Made by a program: the position numbers and the translations under genes. Below, piece by piece: positions 29,601-37,726 of a stretch of DNA of 64,000 nt; position 1 is the first letter of the stretch; every line of letters starts with the position of its first letter. The DNA comes from a virus (taxonomy: Duplodnaviria; Heunggongvirae; Uroviricota; Caudoviricetes). The notes under the pieces were generated by a model. The model saw nothing but the letters and a program-made list of their open reading frames with translations. It was not told where the DNA came from and made no database searches. Location of the stretch: the IMG/VR virus record IMGVR_UViG_3300006141_000002, one strand, 5' to 3'.

Positions 29601-29648
29601 CTAATGCGGCCATAGCCGGTCACAAGCCCGGTTCAGAAACGCAGAGTG
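29601..29648 (+). repeat. 48-nt conserved element copy 2
   Basis: CTAATGCGGCCATAGCCGGTCACAAGCCCGGTTCAGAAACGCAGAGTG; stem covaries (GCGG/CCGC vs CCGG/CCGG). Confidence 0.5.
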
Positions 29649-29657
29649 GGCAATCGC

Positions 29658-29755
29658 TTGCCACCATCGAGGTGGCAAAACGCTCAAAAAGTCCTTGATT
29701 TGCAATGGTTTGAGGGGTGTTACCCTTAAAGAGAATCTCTGTACTATTGTAGATA
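29658..29755. repeat. about 100-bp element, copy B (direct repeat of 21737-21840)
   Basis: alignable over about 100 bp with copy A. Confidence 0.6.
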
Positions 29756-29765
29756 GGGAAACGAC

Positions 29766-29800
29766 AGACACTGGCTGGAGACAGTTAGTGTCTTTTTTAC
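29766..29800 (+). terminator. terminator-like hairpin + U6
   Basis: GACACU...AGUGUC then UUUUUU. Confidence 0.4.
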
Positions 29801-30017
29801 TCGCCAGAGGAAGAAAGTGAGGTGCCTCATGTATCAGTTCAAATGGGTCAGAGGACACATTGAGGTCTTCCTCGATGGTGTCTTTCAGTTCAGCGCGGAT
29901 ACCATGAAAGAAGCGTTGGACGAACTTGATGGTGTCGATTGACGATGCCAATCCCATTGGGATTAGCGCTCTCCCCGAGCGTTTGATCTAAGTACATAAA
30001 GGAAAGGAGTTTAGTCA

Positions 30018-31334
30018 ATGCCCAAATACAAAGAGGGGGATAAGGTCAAGGTGTTGGACGATCTCGAAGTGCGCAGCGGGTACTACATGGATGATGGTAG
30101 TCATCACAATAGTGTTGTGCCCGAAATGACGCATCTCCGCGGTCAAGTTGTGACCATCGAAGAAGTTGACTGTTACGGCTACCATATCCGAGAGGACTGC
30201 GGTGGATGGGGGTGGACCGACGAAATGTTCGCAGGTTTTGCTGTCAAATACCATGTCGGCGATAAGGTTATGGTGAGGTCTGACCTCGACGACCTTCATG
30301 CCCCTGCGATGCGGGAACTGGCTGGCCGCGAAGTTACGATCACTGGGGAGGATGTGGTGGACGTGTTCGGGAGCGAACCCGGTTACTCCATCGCTGAAGA
30401 CGATGGAATGTGGGTCTGGCACGCTAACGACTTTGCCGGTCCTGCTATCCAGCGGTTCACCCGCACGACGGCGCCCGCCTGCAGATCCACAGTTCCCTGC
30501 ATCCCCGGCGTTCCTGTTCAGCCTACTGTGACTGGCGGAATCACCTGCGGCACCCAGACCAACACTACAACAAAGAATGAAAGGAAGAAGTCCAAAATGA
30601 AGTTTGATTTCAAGAAAATGCTGAAGCAGTACATGCCCCACGCCATCGATGACGGCTCCGTCGCTCTGAGCATCTCCGGCGACATCGCCTACCAGCGCAA
30701 GAACGGCGACTATGTCTTCTACGATCCCGAGAGCAAGTCCATCAACAACTGCATGGATCTGGTGCTGGGTTCCGAGGCGCTGGACAAGATGGTCTTCGTC
30801 ATGCCCGTGAAGGACGTCAGCGTCGGCGACGTGGTTCTCAACGGCGGAAAGTATATCTACATCACCAACATCACCCACTCGGGTGCCATCAAGGGTGTGT
30901 CTCTGGACAGTGGCCGTACCGCCACTCTGGTGAAGGAGATCAACACCGTGATGGGCTACTGCCCCTACGCCAAGGTCACTTCTCTGTTCACCATGATGAA
31001 CGGCAAGGGTGCTGAGGGCATCAACCCCATGTTCCTGATGCTGATGGGCGACGCCGACAGCGAGGACGATCTGTTCACCACTGTTGCCATGATGACCATG
31101 ATGGGCGGCAACGCTGCTGCGGCTCCCACCGGTGGCCTGTTCGGTGGGATCAACCCCCTGATGCTGATGGCTCTGTCCGGCGGCGATGACGATGGCGAGT
31201 CCGGCGGTATGATGAAGATGCTGATGCTGAGCCAGATGATGGGCGGCGGCCTGTTTCAGGCTCCTGCGGCTGTTCCTGCTCCGGCTCCGGTTGTCCAGCA
31301 GACTGAGGCTGACGAGGTTGCTGACGCGGAGTAA
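30018..31334 (+). CDS. protein with two N-terminal SH3-like repeats and a Met/Gly-rich low-complexity C-terminal half
   Basis: YKEGDKVKVLDD / YHVGDKVMVRSD repeats resemble the 43811 and 44103 proteins; C-terminus MLMGDADSEDDLFTTVAMMTMMGGN; internal RBS+ATG at 30597 could give a separate product. Confidence 0.4.
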   Translation: MPKYKEGDKVKVLDDLEVRSGYYMDDGSHHNSVVPEMTHLRGQVVTIEEVDCYGYHIREDCGGWGWTDEMFAGFAVKYHVGDKVMVRSDLDDLHAPAMRELAGREVTITGEDVVDVFGSEPGYSIAEDDGMWVWHANDFAGPAIQRFTRTTAPACRSTVPCIPGVPVQPTVTGGITCGTQTNTTTKNERKKSKMKFDFKKMLKQYMPHAIDDGSVALSISGDIAYQRKNGDYVFYDPESKSINNCMDLVLGSEALDKMVFVMPVKDVSVGDVVLNGGKYIYITNITHSGAIKGVSLDSGRTATLVKEINTVMGYCPYAKVTSLFTMMNGKGAEGINPMFLMLMGDADSEDDLFTTVAMMTMMGGNAAAAPTGGLFGGINPLMLMALSGGDDDGESGGMMKMLMLSQMMGGGLFQAPAAVPAPAPVVQQTEADEVADAE

Positions 31335-31399
31335 TCCCCAGCGAGGTTCTGGCGGCTCCTCTTAAAAGCCGCCCATCCGAAATTCAAGGAGGAGTCTGT

Positions 31400-31588
31400 A
31401 TGAACATTGTTTTCTGGCTTCTCGTCATTATCGTGTTGGTTCTGGTCTGGTTCTGCCTGAGCTTTGCCTTCAAAGACATTGGCGGGTGGTTTTTAGACCT
31501 ATTCAACGATGCAAAAAGAGAAATCGAGGACGACGAGTCCGAGGAATACTTTGAAGAATGGGAGGACGATTCATCGAATGAAAGGTAA
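31400..31588 (+). CDS. small membrane protein (NfeD-like partner of the SPFH protein)
   Basis: single TM then acidic tail; RBS AAGGAGGAG. Confidence 0.4.
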   Translation: MNIVFWLLVIIVLVLVWFCLSFAFKDIGGWFLDLFNDAKREIEDDESEEYFEEWEDDSSNER

Positions 31589-32507
31589 AATTGGTGCGCT
31601 GCTTCTGGCACTTGCCCTGATCCTTGGCCTGATTGGTGCCGTTATCTGTCTGGAGCGTGTGCCTGCCGGCTATGTTGGGGTGGTTTACAACATGAACGGC
31701 GGCGTTGACGGAGAGATTCTGACCCAGGGCTGGCATCTGGTCTCTCCCACAAAGAAGGTCACTACATACTCCATCGGCATTGAGCAGTCCTATCTGACCG
31801 CTGAGGACAAGGGTGACTCCAAGGACGACGAGAGTTTCAGTATCCCAACGTCCGATGGAAAGACCGTACGTGTGAACCTTGAGTTCTCCTACCGGTTTGA
31901 CGAGGCACGTGTGGCGCAGACGTTCGTCACATTCAAGGGCAAGTCCGGCGAGACTATCAAGGACACATTCATCAAGCCCAAGGTCATCGCCTGGACGCAG
32001 GAGGTTTCCGCTAATTATCCCGTTACCGACATCTTCGGTGATAAGCGTACTGCTATCAATGCGGAGTTGGATACCTACCTGCGACAGAAATTTGATGTGT
32101 ACGGCATCATCATTGACACCGTGAACTTCACCGATATTTCTGTTGATGCTGAAACTGCTGCGGCCATTCAGAAAAAGGTTACCGCCCAGCAGGAGCTGGA
32201 GCTGGCCAATATCGAGGCTCAGACAGCCAAGGTACAGGCGGAGAAAGAGCGCGAGGTTGCTCTGATTCAGGCTCAGAAGGAAAAAGAGGCTGCCGAAATT
32301 CAGGCAGAGACGGAAATCATTGAGGCCAATGCAGCTGCAGAGGTGGTTCGGATCGCCGCAGAAGCAGAGGCGGCGGCTAACCAGCAGATTGCACAGTCTC
32401 TCACGCCCGAGCTGATTGAAAAGATCAAGTATGAGCAGTGGAACGGTGTTCTCCCCAAGGTTAATTCGTCTGGCGGCACTATTGTCGGTGTTGACGGGAT
32501 CGACTAA
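31578..32507 (+). CDS. SPFH/band-7 (prohibitin/HflC-like) membrane protein
   Basis: N-terminal TM, PAGYVGVVYNMNGG.. SPFH core, C-terminal Ala/Glu coiled coil. Confidence 0.6.
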   Translation: MKGKIGALLLALALILGLIGAVICLERVPAGYVGVVYNMNGGVDGEILTQGWHLVSPTKKVTTYSIGIEQSYLTAEDKGDSKDDESFSIPTSDGKTVRVNLEFSYRFDEARVAQTFVTFKGKSGETIKDTFIKPKVIAWTQEVSANYPVTDIFGDKRTAINAELDTYLRQKFDVYGIIIDTVNFTDISVDAETAAAIQKKVTAQQELELANIEAQTAKVQAEKEREVALIQAQKEKEAAEIQAETEIIEANAAAEVVRIAAEAEAAANQQIAQSLTPELIEKIKYEQWNGVLPKVNSSGGTIVGVDGID

Positions 32508-32562
32508 CATCGTGAGTGTGAAATTCAAGCGCGTCAATATAGACGCACCGTGAAAGCCGGTT

Positions 32563-32648
32563 CTATGAGAGTGTAGCTCAGTGGCAGAGCGGGGCAGATA
32601 CATGCCTGTCAACCGGATATGCGCTGCGTGGGTTCGATTCCCACCACT
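32563..32648 (+). tRNA. tRNA-like gene, anticodon unresolved (possibly CAU)
   Basis: acceptor GAGAGUG/CACUCUC, D arm AGCUCAGUGGCAGAGC, T arm GUGGGUUCGAUUCCCAC; the anticodon region did not fold cleanly by eye. Confidence 0.4.
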
Positions 32649-32657
32649 CTCTAATAT

Positions 32658-32733
32658 GGGGATATAGCTCAGATGGGAGAGCGCCTGCCTTGCAAGCAGG
32701 AGGTCGCCGGTTCGATCCCGACTATCTCCACCA
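32658..32733 (+). tRNA. tRNA-Ala (anticodon TGC)
   Basis: GGGGAUA acceptor, anticodon stem CCUGC/GCAGG loop CUUGCAA, CCA encoded. Confidence 0.75.
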
Positions 32734-32762
32734 TATGAAATTTAGTTAGGACGGGTGATGAC

Positions 32763-32960
32763 GTGAGAATCCATATGCCATATTGGGGAGAAGAACGATT
32801 CATTAAGCGTTTTGCAATTTTCCCTGTCAAAGTCGATCATGAAATTGTGTGGCTTGAGACAGTTTATCTCCGTCAGGAATGGAGGCCAGACATAACAATT
32901 CGCGGATGGCATAATGACAGATTCCTGGATAAAGAGTCATATGAACGGGCAATCCGATAG
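32763..32960 (+). CDS. small hypothetical protein (paralog of 35186-35359)
   Basis: shared W..RF.I.P...D..I.WLE.V......RGW.ND pattern. Confidence 0.4.
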   Translation: MRIHMPYWGEERFIKRFAIFPVKVDHEIVWLETVYLRQEWRPDITIRGWHNDRFLDKESYERAIR

Positions 32961-32978
32961 GTTTTGAATGGAGGCAAT

Positions 32979-33407
32979 ATGATGGATTATCTGAGCTTTT
33001 ACCACAATGGCAGGCGGTGTACTTGCCATTCCTGCAAGCACTTTTCTTGTTCGGTAGCGGAAGCCCCATGCAAAGATTGTATACCAGGACTGGAAAGCGG
33101 AAGGTTCTTTGATCGTCACGCAATTAAATATGATGAAAATCCAAGATTTGTGGGTGAAACGATAAAAGTCCATGAACTCAAAATTCTTCCGAAATATTTT
33201 TCCTTTGAGAAAAACTTCGAACTTCGGAGGAACGATAGGGACTTTGTGGTTGGCGATATTGTGGTGCTTCGAGAATGGAGCTCTGACAACGGATACACCG
33301 GAGAGTATTCCATCCGTATGATTCAGTACATCCTTAAAGACGCAAAAGAATATGGGTTGGCCGATGGATACTGTATCCTTGGGCTTTCGGAAAGCGCTCC
33401 ATGGTAA
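32979..33407 (+). CDS. PUA/ASCH-like (DUF3850-type) protein
   Basis: HELKILPKYF..FEKNFELRRNDRDFVVGDIVVLREW pattern; RBS GGAGG. Confidence 0.45.
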   Translation: MMDYLSFYHNGRRCTCHSCKHFSCSVAEAPCKDCIPGLESGRFFDRHAIKYDENPRFVGETIKVHELKILPKYFSFEKNFELRRNDRDFVVGDIVVLREWSSDNGYTGEYSIRMIQYILKDAKEYGLADGYCILGLSESAPW

Positions 33408-33425
33408 GAGAGAGGAGCGTCTTGA

Positions 33426-33569
33426 ATGAAACGAGAAGATTTCGTATCTGATTTGGCATGGGAACGGTATGTCGAGGAACGTTCTTGTTGCCGCAAACTC
33501 TACCAAAAACAAGGCTTCTGGTGTTTGGCGATAGTCATACTTTTCATTATCGTTACAGCAATCAAATAG
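33426..33569 (+). CDS. 47-aa membrane peptide
   Basis: RBS GAGAGGAG; C-terminal hydrophobic segment. Confidence 0.2.
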   Translation: MKREDFVSDLAWERYVEERSCCRKLYQKQGFWCLAIVILFIIVTAIK

Positions 33570-33597
33570 TTCTTTGATGCGAAGGAGGTTGGCGCGA

Positions 33598-34410
33598 GTG
33601 AGTAGCAAAATGAACAGAATTCCATTTATTGGTTCCTACGAAGACATAAGGACTGAGATGCGGGATGACCTGCGGTATAGATTACAGAGCAGGAAGGTGG
33701 AAACGTCCCTTGGCCGACCTCTGTACTACCGTATCAATGTCCAGTTGATTACAACGGAAGAGTGCCCCTTTAACTGCCCGTTCTGTTTGGAGCGGCAAAA
33801 CCCTATGGCGGGCGACAATAATTTCCCTGCCCAAATCGAGGCTTTGAAAATAGTACTTGGCGAGCATCCAGATGCCAGACTTACCATAACAGGTGGAGAA
33901 CCAGGACTTTACCCAGAGCAGATTGCGAATATCGCTGAGACATACAGGTGTAATAGCAACAATGTTTTTTGCTCTATCAATACTGCTGGTTTCAACGCAG
34001 ACCTGAGTGGGTTGGCTCATATCAACCTGTCCCACAATGAGTTCGTCCATGCAAATCCGGCCCGGTTTCCCGGTTGCACAGTCCAAACAGTGATGGAAAG
34101 TCCGTCTCTCTCGTCAATCAAAGATTACATGAAGATAGATGCCGACAGCTTTTCGTTCCGGTTCCTTAGCGGGCTTGAGAAGAAGGATTACCCGGTAGAT
34201 ATCTGGAATGCTCTGCAAGAGGACGAAGAAATTGATGTACATACATTCAGAATCGGTGACTTCTTTGTCTATGCGACCTTTGACTACGATGGAAAGCACG
34301 CCCGCGTAACACTTGGAGATATGTGGCAGCAACGCCAGAATGACTATGGAGCCGGATACTCCAATATCATAATCCACCCAGACGGTCGGATTGGTACGAA
34401 CTGGAGATAA
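33598..34410 (+). CDS. radical SAM enzyme
   Basis: CPFNCPFC (CX3CX2C) and TITGGEP glycine-rich SAM motif. Confidence 0.6.
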   Translation: MSSKMNRIPFIGSYEDIRTEMRDDLRYRLQSRKVETSLGRPLYYRINVQLITTEECPFNCPFCLERQNPMAGDNNFPAQIEALKIVLGEHPDARLTITGGEPGLYPEQIANIAETYRCNSNNVFCSINTAGFNADLSGLAHINLSHNEFVHANPARFPGCTVQTVMESPSLSSIKDYMKIDADSFSFRFLSGLEKKDYPVDIWNALQEDEEIDVHTFRIGDFFVYATFDYDGKHARVTLGDMWQQRQNDYGAGYSNIIIHPDGRIGTNWR

Positions 34411-34525
34411 AAATGAGTAAGAAAACATTTATTTCCTGGTTGGCCTGACAGGCTTGGTTTGGGCTGTAACCACAGATATCGAGCACGATGAATAAAACAG
34501 TCCTTTGATTAGGAGGCGGCCAAAG

Positions 34526-34711
34526 ATGGAAGAAAGCATATTGTTCCTCATTTATTGTTCTGCAATTATCATCCTTTCGTTGCTGCGTTTGGCGCTTCAA
34601 TTTCTGTCGAAAGAAAGTTACTATTTAACATACAAGAGGCTTTTGGATTTGTTAGATTGGTTCTTTCTGGGTGGTGCAACGTTTTATTCCATCATGAACT
34701 GGCCATGGTAA
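34526..34711 (+). CDS. small membrane protein
   Basis: two hydrophobic helices; RBS AGGAGG. Confidence 0.35.
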   Translation: MEESILFLIYCSAIIILSLLRLALQFLSKESYYLTYKRLLDLLDWFFLGGATFYSIMNWPW

Positions 34712-34730
34712 TGGAGGGGATATCGTGAGG

Positions 34731-34976
34731 ATGTATCAAATGTATGTCTGTGAACATTGCGGCAAAGAGTCTCTGAGCCATGATGCGATTGAGGAATGTG
34801 AGGCTGCCCACATGGGATTAACCATGGCGGAGAAACGCACTTTGGACGCGTTGAAATCTGCTGCAAAGTATTTTGGAAGCATTGTATCAAGAACCAATAA
34901 CGAGAAGACGCGAGCTGCATATGACGACGCGATTGAGAAACTTGTTTCGTTTGAGCAATCTCACGGAATAACATAA
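34731..34976 (+). CDS. small zinc-ribbon protein
   Basis: CEHCGK... Confidence 0.35.
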   Translation: MYQMYVCEHCGKESLSHDAIEECEAAHMGLTMAEKRTLDALKSAAKYFGSIVSRTNNEKTRAAYDDAIEKLVSFEQSHGIT

Positions 34977-34988
34977 AATTACTCTTCT

Positions 34989-35075
34989 GTGGGCGTGGTG
35001 GAATTGGAAGACACATGGAGTTTAAGCCTCTATATCGGGTTCGATGTGCGGGTTCAATTCCCGCCGCCCACACCA
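34989..35075 (+). tRNA. tRNA-Leu (anticodon TAA)
   Basis: class-II tRNA: D arm GUGGAAUUGGAAGACAC, anticodon loop UUUAAGC, variable arm AUCGGGUUCGAU, CCA encoded. Confidence 0.7.
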
Positions 35076-35078
35076 TAT

Positions 35079-35164
35079 GTCGATGTGATGGAATAGTAGA
35101 CATGACAGGCTCAAACCCTGTTGGCTCTAACGCCGTATGGGTTCAAATCCCATCATCGACACCA
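35079..35164 (+). tRNA. tRNA-Leu (anticodon CAA)
   Basis: acceptor GUCGAUG/CAUCGAC, anticodon stem ACAGG/CCUGU loop CUCAAAC, long variable arm. Confidence 0.7.
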
Positions 35165-35185
35165 TTATATCAGGAGGTGCAAACC

Positions 35186-35359
35186 ATGGTTTGGAGTTTT
35201 CCGATTGCTGGAGAAACGAGAATTGTGACCCGATTTATGATTCTGCCTACCATTATCGGAGATAAGTTATGGTGGCTTGAATCCGTCATCATACACCAAT
35301 CGTACAACACCCGGCATCGTGGATGGAATAACGATTGGGCAGAACGAAAACGGAGGTGA
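35186..35359 (+). CDS. small hypothetical protein (paralog of 32763-32960)
   Basis: RBS CAGGAGGTG; same motif as 32763 ORF; also sits immediately after a tRNA pair. Confidence 0.4.
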   Translation: MVWSFPIAGETRIVTRFMILPTIIGDKLWWLESVIIHQSYNTRHRGWNNDWAERKRR

Positions 35360-35364
35360 AATGA

Positions 35365-35646
35365 GTGGATCTGAAAACTGTTATGCTTGGTAGCGATACG
35401 GTTGTCGTCACTGAAAACGCAGATGGCGATCCGTACTTGATTCAGGCTAAGTACCTTCAGGGCGTCGTTGACGATTGGAATGGTGAATGCAATTTTGTTC
35501 CAGCCAACGATGCAAAAGTGCTCTTTGCTATGTATAATGGTCATCCCATCAATCCTTACGATTACACCGACTTCGAGTCTCTGCTCAATATTCTAACTCG
35601 GGGGGGGGTGAGTCTCAATGGTAGATTGGCCAGACACTCCGCTTGA
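35365..35646 (+). CDS. small protein with C-terminal DFESLLNILTRGG + 12-aa extension (GTG start)
   Basis: RBS GGAGGTG; 9-G tract 35600-35608 encodes RGG. Confidence 0.4.
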   Translation: MDLKTVMLGSDTVVVTENADGDPYLIQAKYLQGVVDDWNGECNFVPANDAKVLFAMYNGHPINPYDYTDFESLLNILTRGGVSLNGRLARHSA

Positions 35647-35974
35647 GATTTCAATGCTATTCAACGGTGTCATCATCCATTGTCCTGACAAAGACTTGGT
35701 AGATGAACTGTTTTCGTTTTTAGAAGAAAACGATATAAAATGGTATGGTGATGAGCCAGTTGGAGAAACTCATTGGCATGAGAACAGAGAAGAAACCTGT
35801 TATCGCATTGAACCGCGAGGAACAATGAAATATGGGAGCAGAACATGTTACTCAGACAGCGCATACAGAAATTATATCAAATGCACATTTTACGGCGTGG
35901 AGCCCGACTTTGAAATCTCCGATGCCGGATTTGAAGCAATTATCTCTGCGGGGGGGGGTAATCAAGGGAGGTAA
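35618..35974 (+). CDS. small Cys-containing protein, C-terminus DAGFEAIISAGGG+NQGR (paralog of 35980)
   Basis: paralogy with next gene; 9-G tract 35950-35958 at C-terminus. Confidence 0.45.
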   Translation: MVDWPDTPLEISMLFNGVIIHCPDKDLVDELFSFLEENDIKWYGDEPVGETHWHENREETCYRIEPRGTMKYGSRTCYSDSAYRNYIKCTFYGVEPDFEISDAGFEAIISAGGGNQGR

Positions 35975-35979
35975 GACAA

Positions 35980-36294
35980 ATGTGGGACAGGCCATTTGAT
36001 ACATCAATGCTGGGAGAAAACAGCTATGTTGCTGTAAATTGCCCAGAAGCAGATTTGGAGCGTGAATTTGCCGCAATATTAGTCGCGTTTGGCATCAAAT
36101 ACCCGACCGGCGAGAGTCCTCTGAAGAAAAATTACTGGGAGAAACACCGTGGTAATTTCTGCTACTATATCAGAGGCGATACTGTGAGATATGGGTCAAA
36201 GAACGATGCGGACGACTACATGAAATGCACTTTCTATGGGGAAGAGCAAGAGGACATCTCCGACGAAAGTTTTGCGGCTATCATCGGGAGGTGA
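35980..36294 (+). CDS. small Cys-containing protein, C-terminus DESFAAIIGR
   Basis: paralog of 35618 gene (CP..DL..EF...GIK..W....CY.I....YGS...Y.KCTFYG). Confidence 0.45.
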   Translation: MWDRPFDTSMLGENSYVAVNCPEADLEREFAAILVAFGIKYPTGESPLKKNYWEKHRGNFCYYIRGDTVRYGSKNDADDYMKCTFYGEEQEDISDESFAAIIGR

Positions 36295-36298
36295 TTAA

Positions 36299-36742
36299 GT
36301 GGAACTTTCCGATTTGGTAGGAACACACAAACTGTCAGGTGTCGAAACCGGACGTATATGTGTGGATGATAGTTGGGGTGAATCACAGGATTGCAACTTC
36401 GTAAAGTTTACGCTTGACGGTGTTCACTACATGGCTGTCGAAGACCCGGAAGATGGATATAGAAGCAGATGCAGGGAGCTTGTTGTGTCCGATGATCCGC
36501 CGAGATATTCGTTTCCGCCGCAGGCCATGAAATGTTACATGAAGAACGAAGAAGATGGCGGATACGATAATGACATCCTGGTGATGCAAGACGAGGTAAC
36601 TGACGAGATCATTTTGGAGGTTGGAACCGGAGACTATAACGACTGGTATCCATACTGCCACTTTGAATACCATCCAGAGGGGATGGCCTGCAATAACCCG
36701 GAAATATCAGAAGACGCATTCAATCGAATCATCAGAAGTTGA
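36299..36742 (+). CDS. small acidic Cys-containing protein, C-terminus SEDAFNRIIRS (GTG start)
   Basis: RBS GGGAGGTGA; shares the C-terminal motif family. Confidence 0.4.
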   Translation: MELSDLVGTHKLSGVETGRICVDDSWGESQDCNFVKFTLDGVHYMAVEDPEDGYRSRCRELVVSDDPPRYSFPPQAMKCYMKNEEDGGYDNDILVMQDEVTDEIILEVGTGDYNDWYPYCHFEYHPEGMACNNPEISEDAFNRIIRS

Positions 36743-36748
36743 CAAGAG

Positions 36749-36782
36749 CCCCGTAGCTGAAAAGTTACGGGGTTCTTTGCGG
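36749..36782 (+). terminator. rho-independent terminator
   Basis: CCCCGUAGC-UGAAAAG-UUACGGGG then UUCUUU. Confidence 0.5.
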
Positions 36783-36893
36783 CCTGATCGGCCCCACCTC
36801 CTCGTGGTTCAGGCTGGGGAGCCCCCGATGGGGGGGGGTGAGCAAACGGGGTACATATTAAGGGCAAAGCCCGAACAGAAAGGATGTATCAGT

Positions 36894-37295
36894 ATGGCAA
36901 AGATCACCATTGCTGGTGACGCGATCATCGTCACCAGCGGCAAGAGCCTCAAGGCTCTGAAGACGCTGGAGGAGTACCGCCCGAAGGCTCTTCGTCTCAT
37001 CGAGACCGATGAGAACGGTAAGAAGGAGGAAATCTTCCGCGTGGAGACCGCCGCTGCTGCCGGCAGCATCAACCAGAACGGCGCGACTTTCGCCTCCGAG
37101 ACCCACGACGAGGCGAAGCTGGCCACCATCACGATTCCCGTCCCCGCTGGGACTGAGAACGTGATCGACTATGCTGCCAAGCTGGTCGGCAAGGCCGTGG
37201 TTCGCCTGAACAAGGTGGAGGCCGGCATCGACGATGCCCTGGCCGAGGTCGAGGCTGAGAACGCCGAGGTCATGGCTAACATCACCGTCATCTAA
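36894..37295 (+). CDS. hypothetical protein upstream of the Ubl-conjugation genes
   Basis: RBS AAAGGA; 133 aa, Ala-rich; in-frame ATG at 36828 immediately followed by a 9-G tract. Confidence 0.45.
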   Translation: MAKITIAGDAIIVTSGKSLKALKTLEEYRPKALRLIETDENGKKEEIFRVETAAAAGSINQNGATFASETHDEAKLATITIPVPAGTENVIDYAAKLVGKAVVRLNKVEAGIDDALAEVEAENAEVMANITVI

Positions 37296-37382
37296 GGATG
37301 GCTAAGTCCGGGCGGGGGAATCCCCGCCCGGCAACACAAACCTGTCAACCCAAAATTTTTTGAATAAGAAGGAGAATGAATC

Positions 37383-37637
37383 ATGATTAACGTCACTATC
37401 GGTAACAACCTGAAGCGCGCCCGTTTCAACCTGAACCCCAACACCACCATCCGCCAGGCTCTGGAGAGCACCCAGGGCGAGACCGGCATCGACTACTCCG
37501 TGGGTATGCTGTCCCTGGACGGCGAGACCGTCACCGGTGCCAAGCTGGATCAGACCTTCGCCGAGATGGGCTACACCGGCGAGCCCGGCCACGACAAGTG
37601 CTTCCTGATCTCCGTCGTCAAGGCTGACAACGCCTGA
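37383..37637 (+). CDS. 84-aa candidate ubiquitin-like (beta-grasp-sized) protein
   Basis: size, beta-beta-alpha start (MINVTIGNN..KRARFNL..TTIRQALES), and position directly upstream of the E2/JAB/E1 genes; no terminal GG. Confidence 0.35.
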   Translation: MINVTIGNNLKRARFNLNPNTTIRQALESTQGETGIDYSVGMLSLDGETVTGAKLDQTFAEMGYTGEPGHDKCFLISVVKADNA

Positions 37638-37726
37638 TCAGACCCACCGCAGTCCCCTATACATAGGGCCGAGGGCTCCCATCTGAGCGGTGGGAGCCCT
37701 TAAATCTTTCAGAAAAGGAGCAGGCT

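Noticed and set aside
29601-29957. 118-aa minus-strand ORF
   Set aside because: It lies across the 48-nt element, the 100-bp repeat and a plus-strand terminator. It has no RBS.
35015-35359. 114-aa ORF beginning inside the tRNA-Leu genes
   Set aside because: Only the last 57 codons after the tRNAs (from 35186, with RBS) are plausible. The upstream part is tRNA sequence.
37383-37637. Firm call of this 84-aa ORF as the Ubl
   Set aside because: It ends in ..VVKADNA with no Gly-Gly, so it is only a positional and size candidate.
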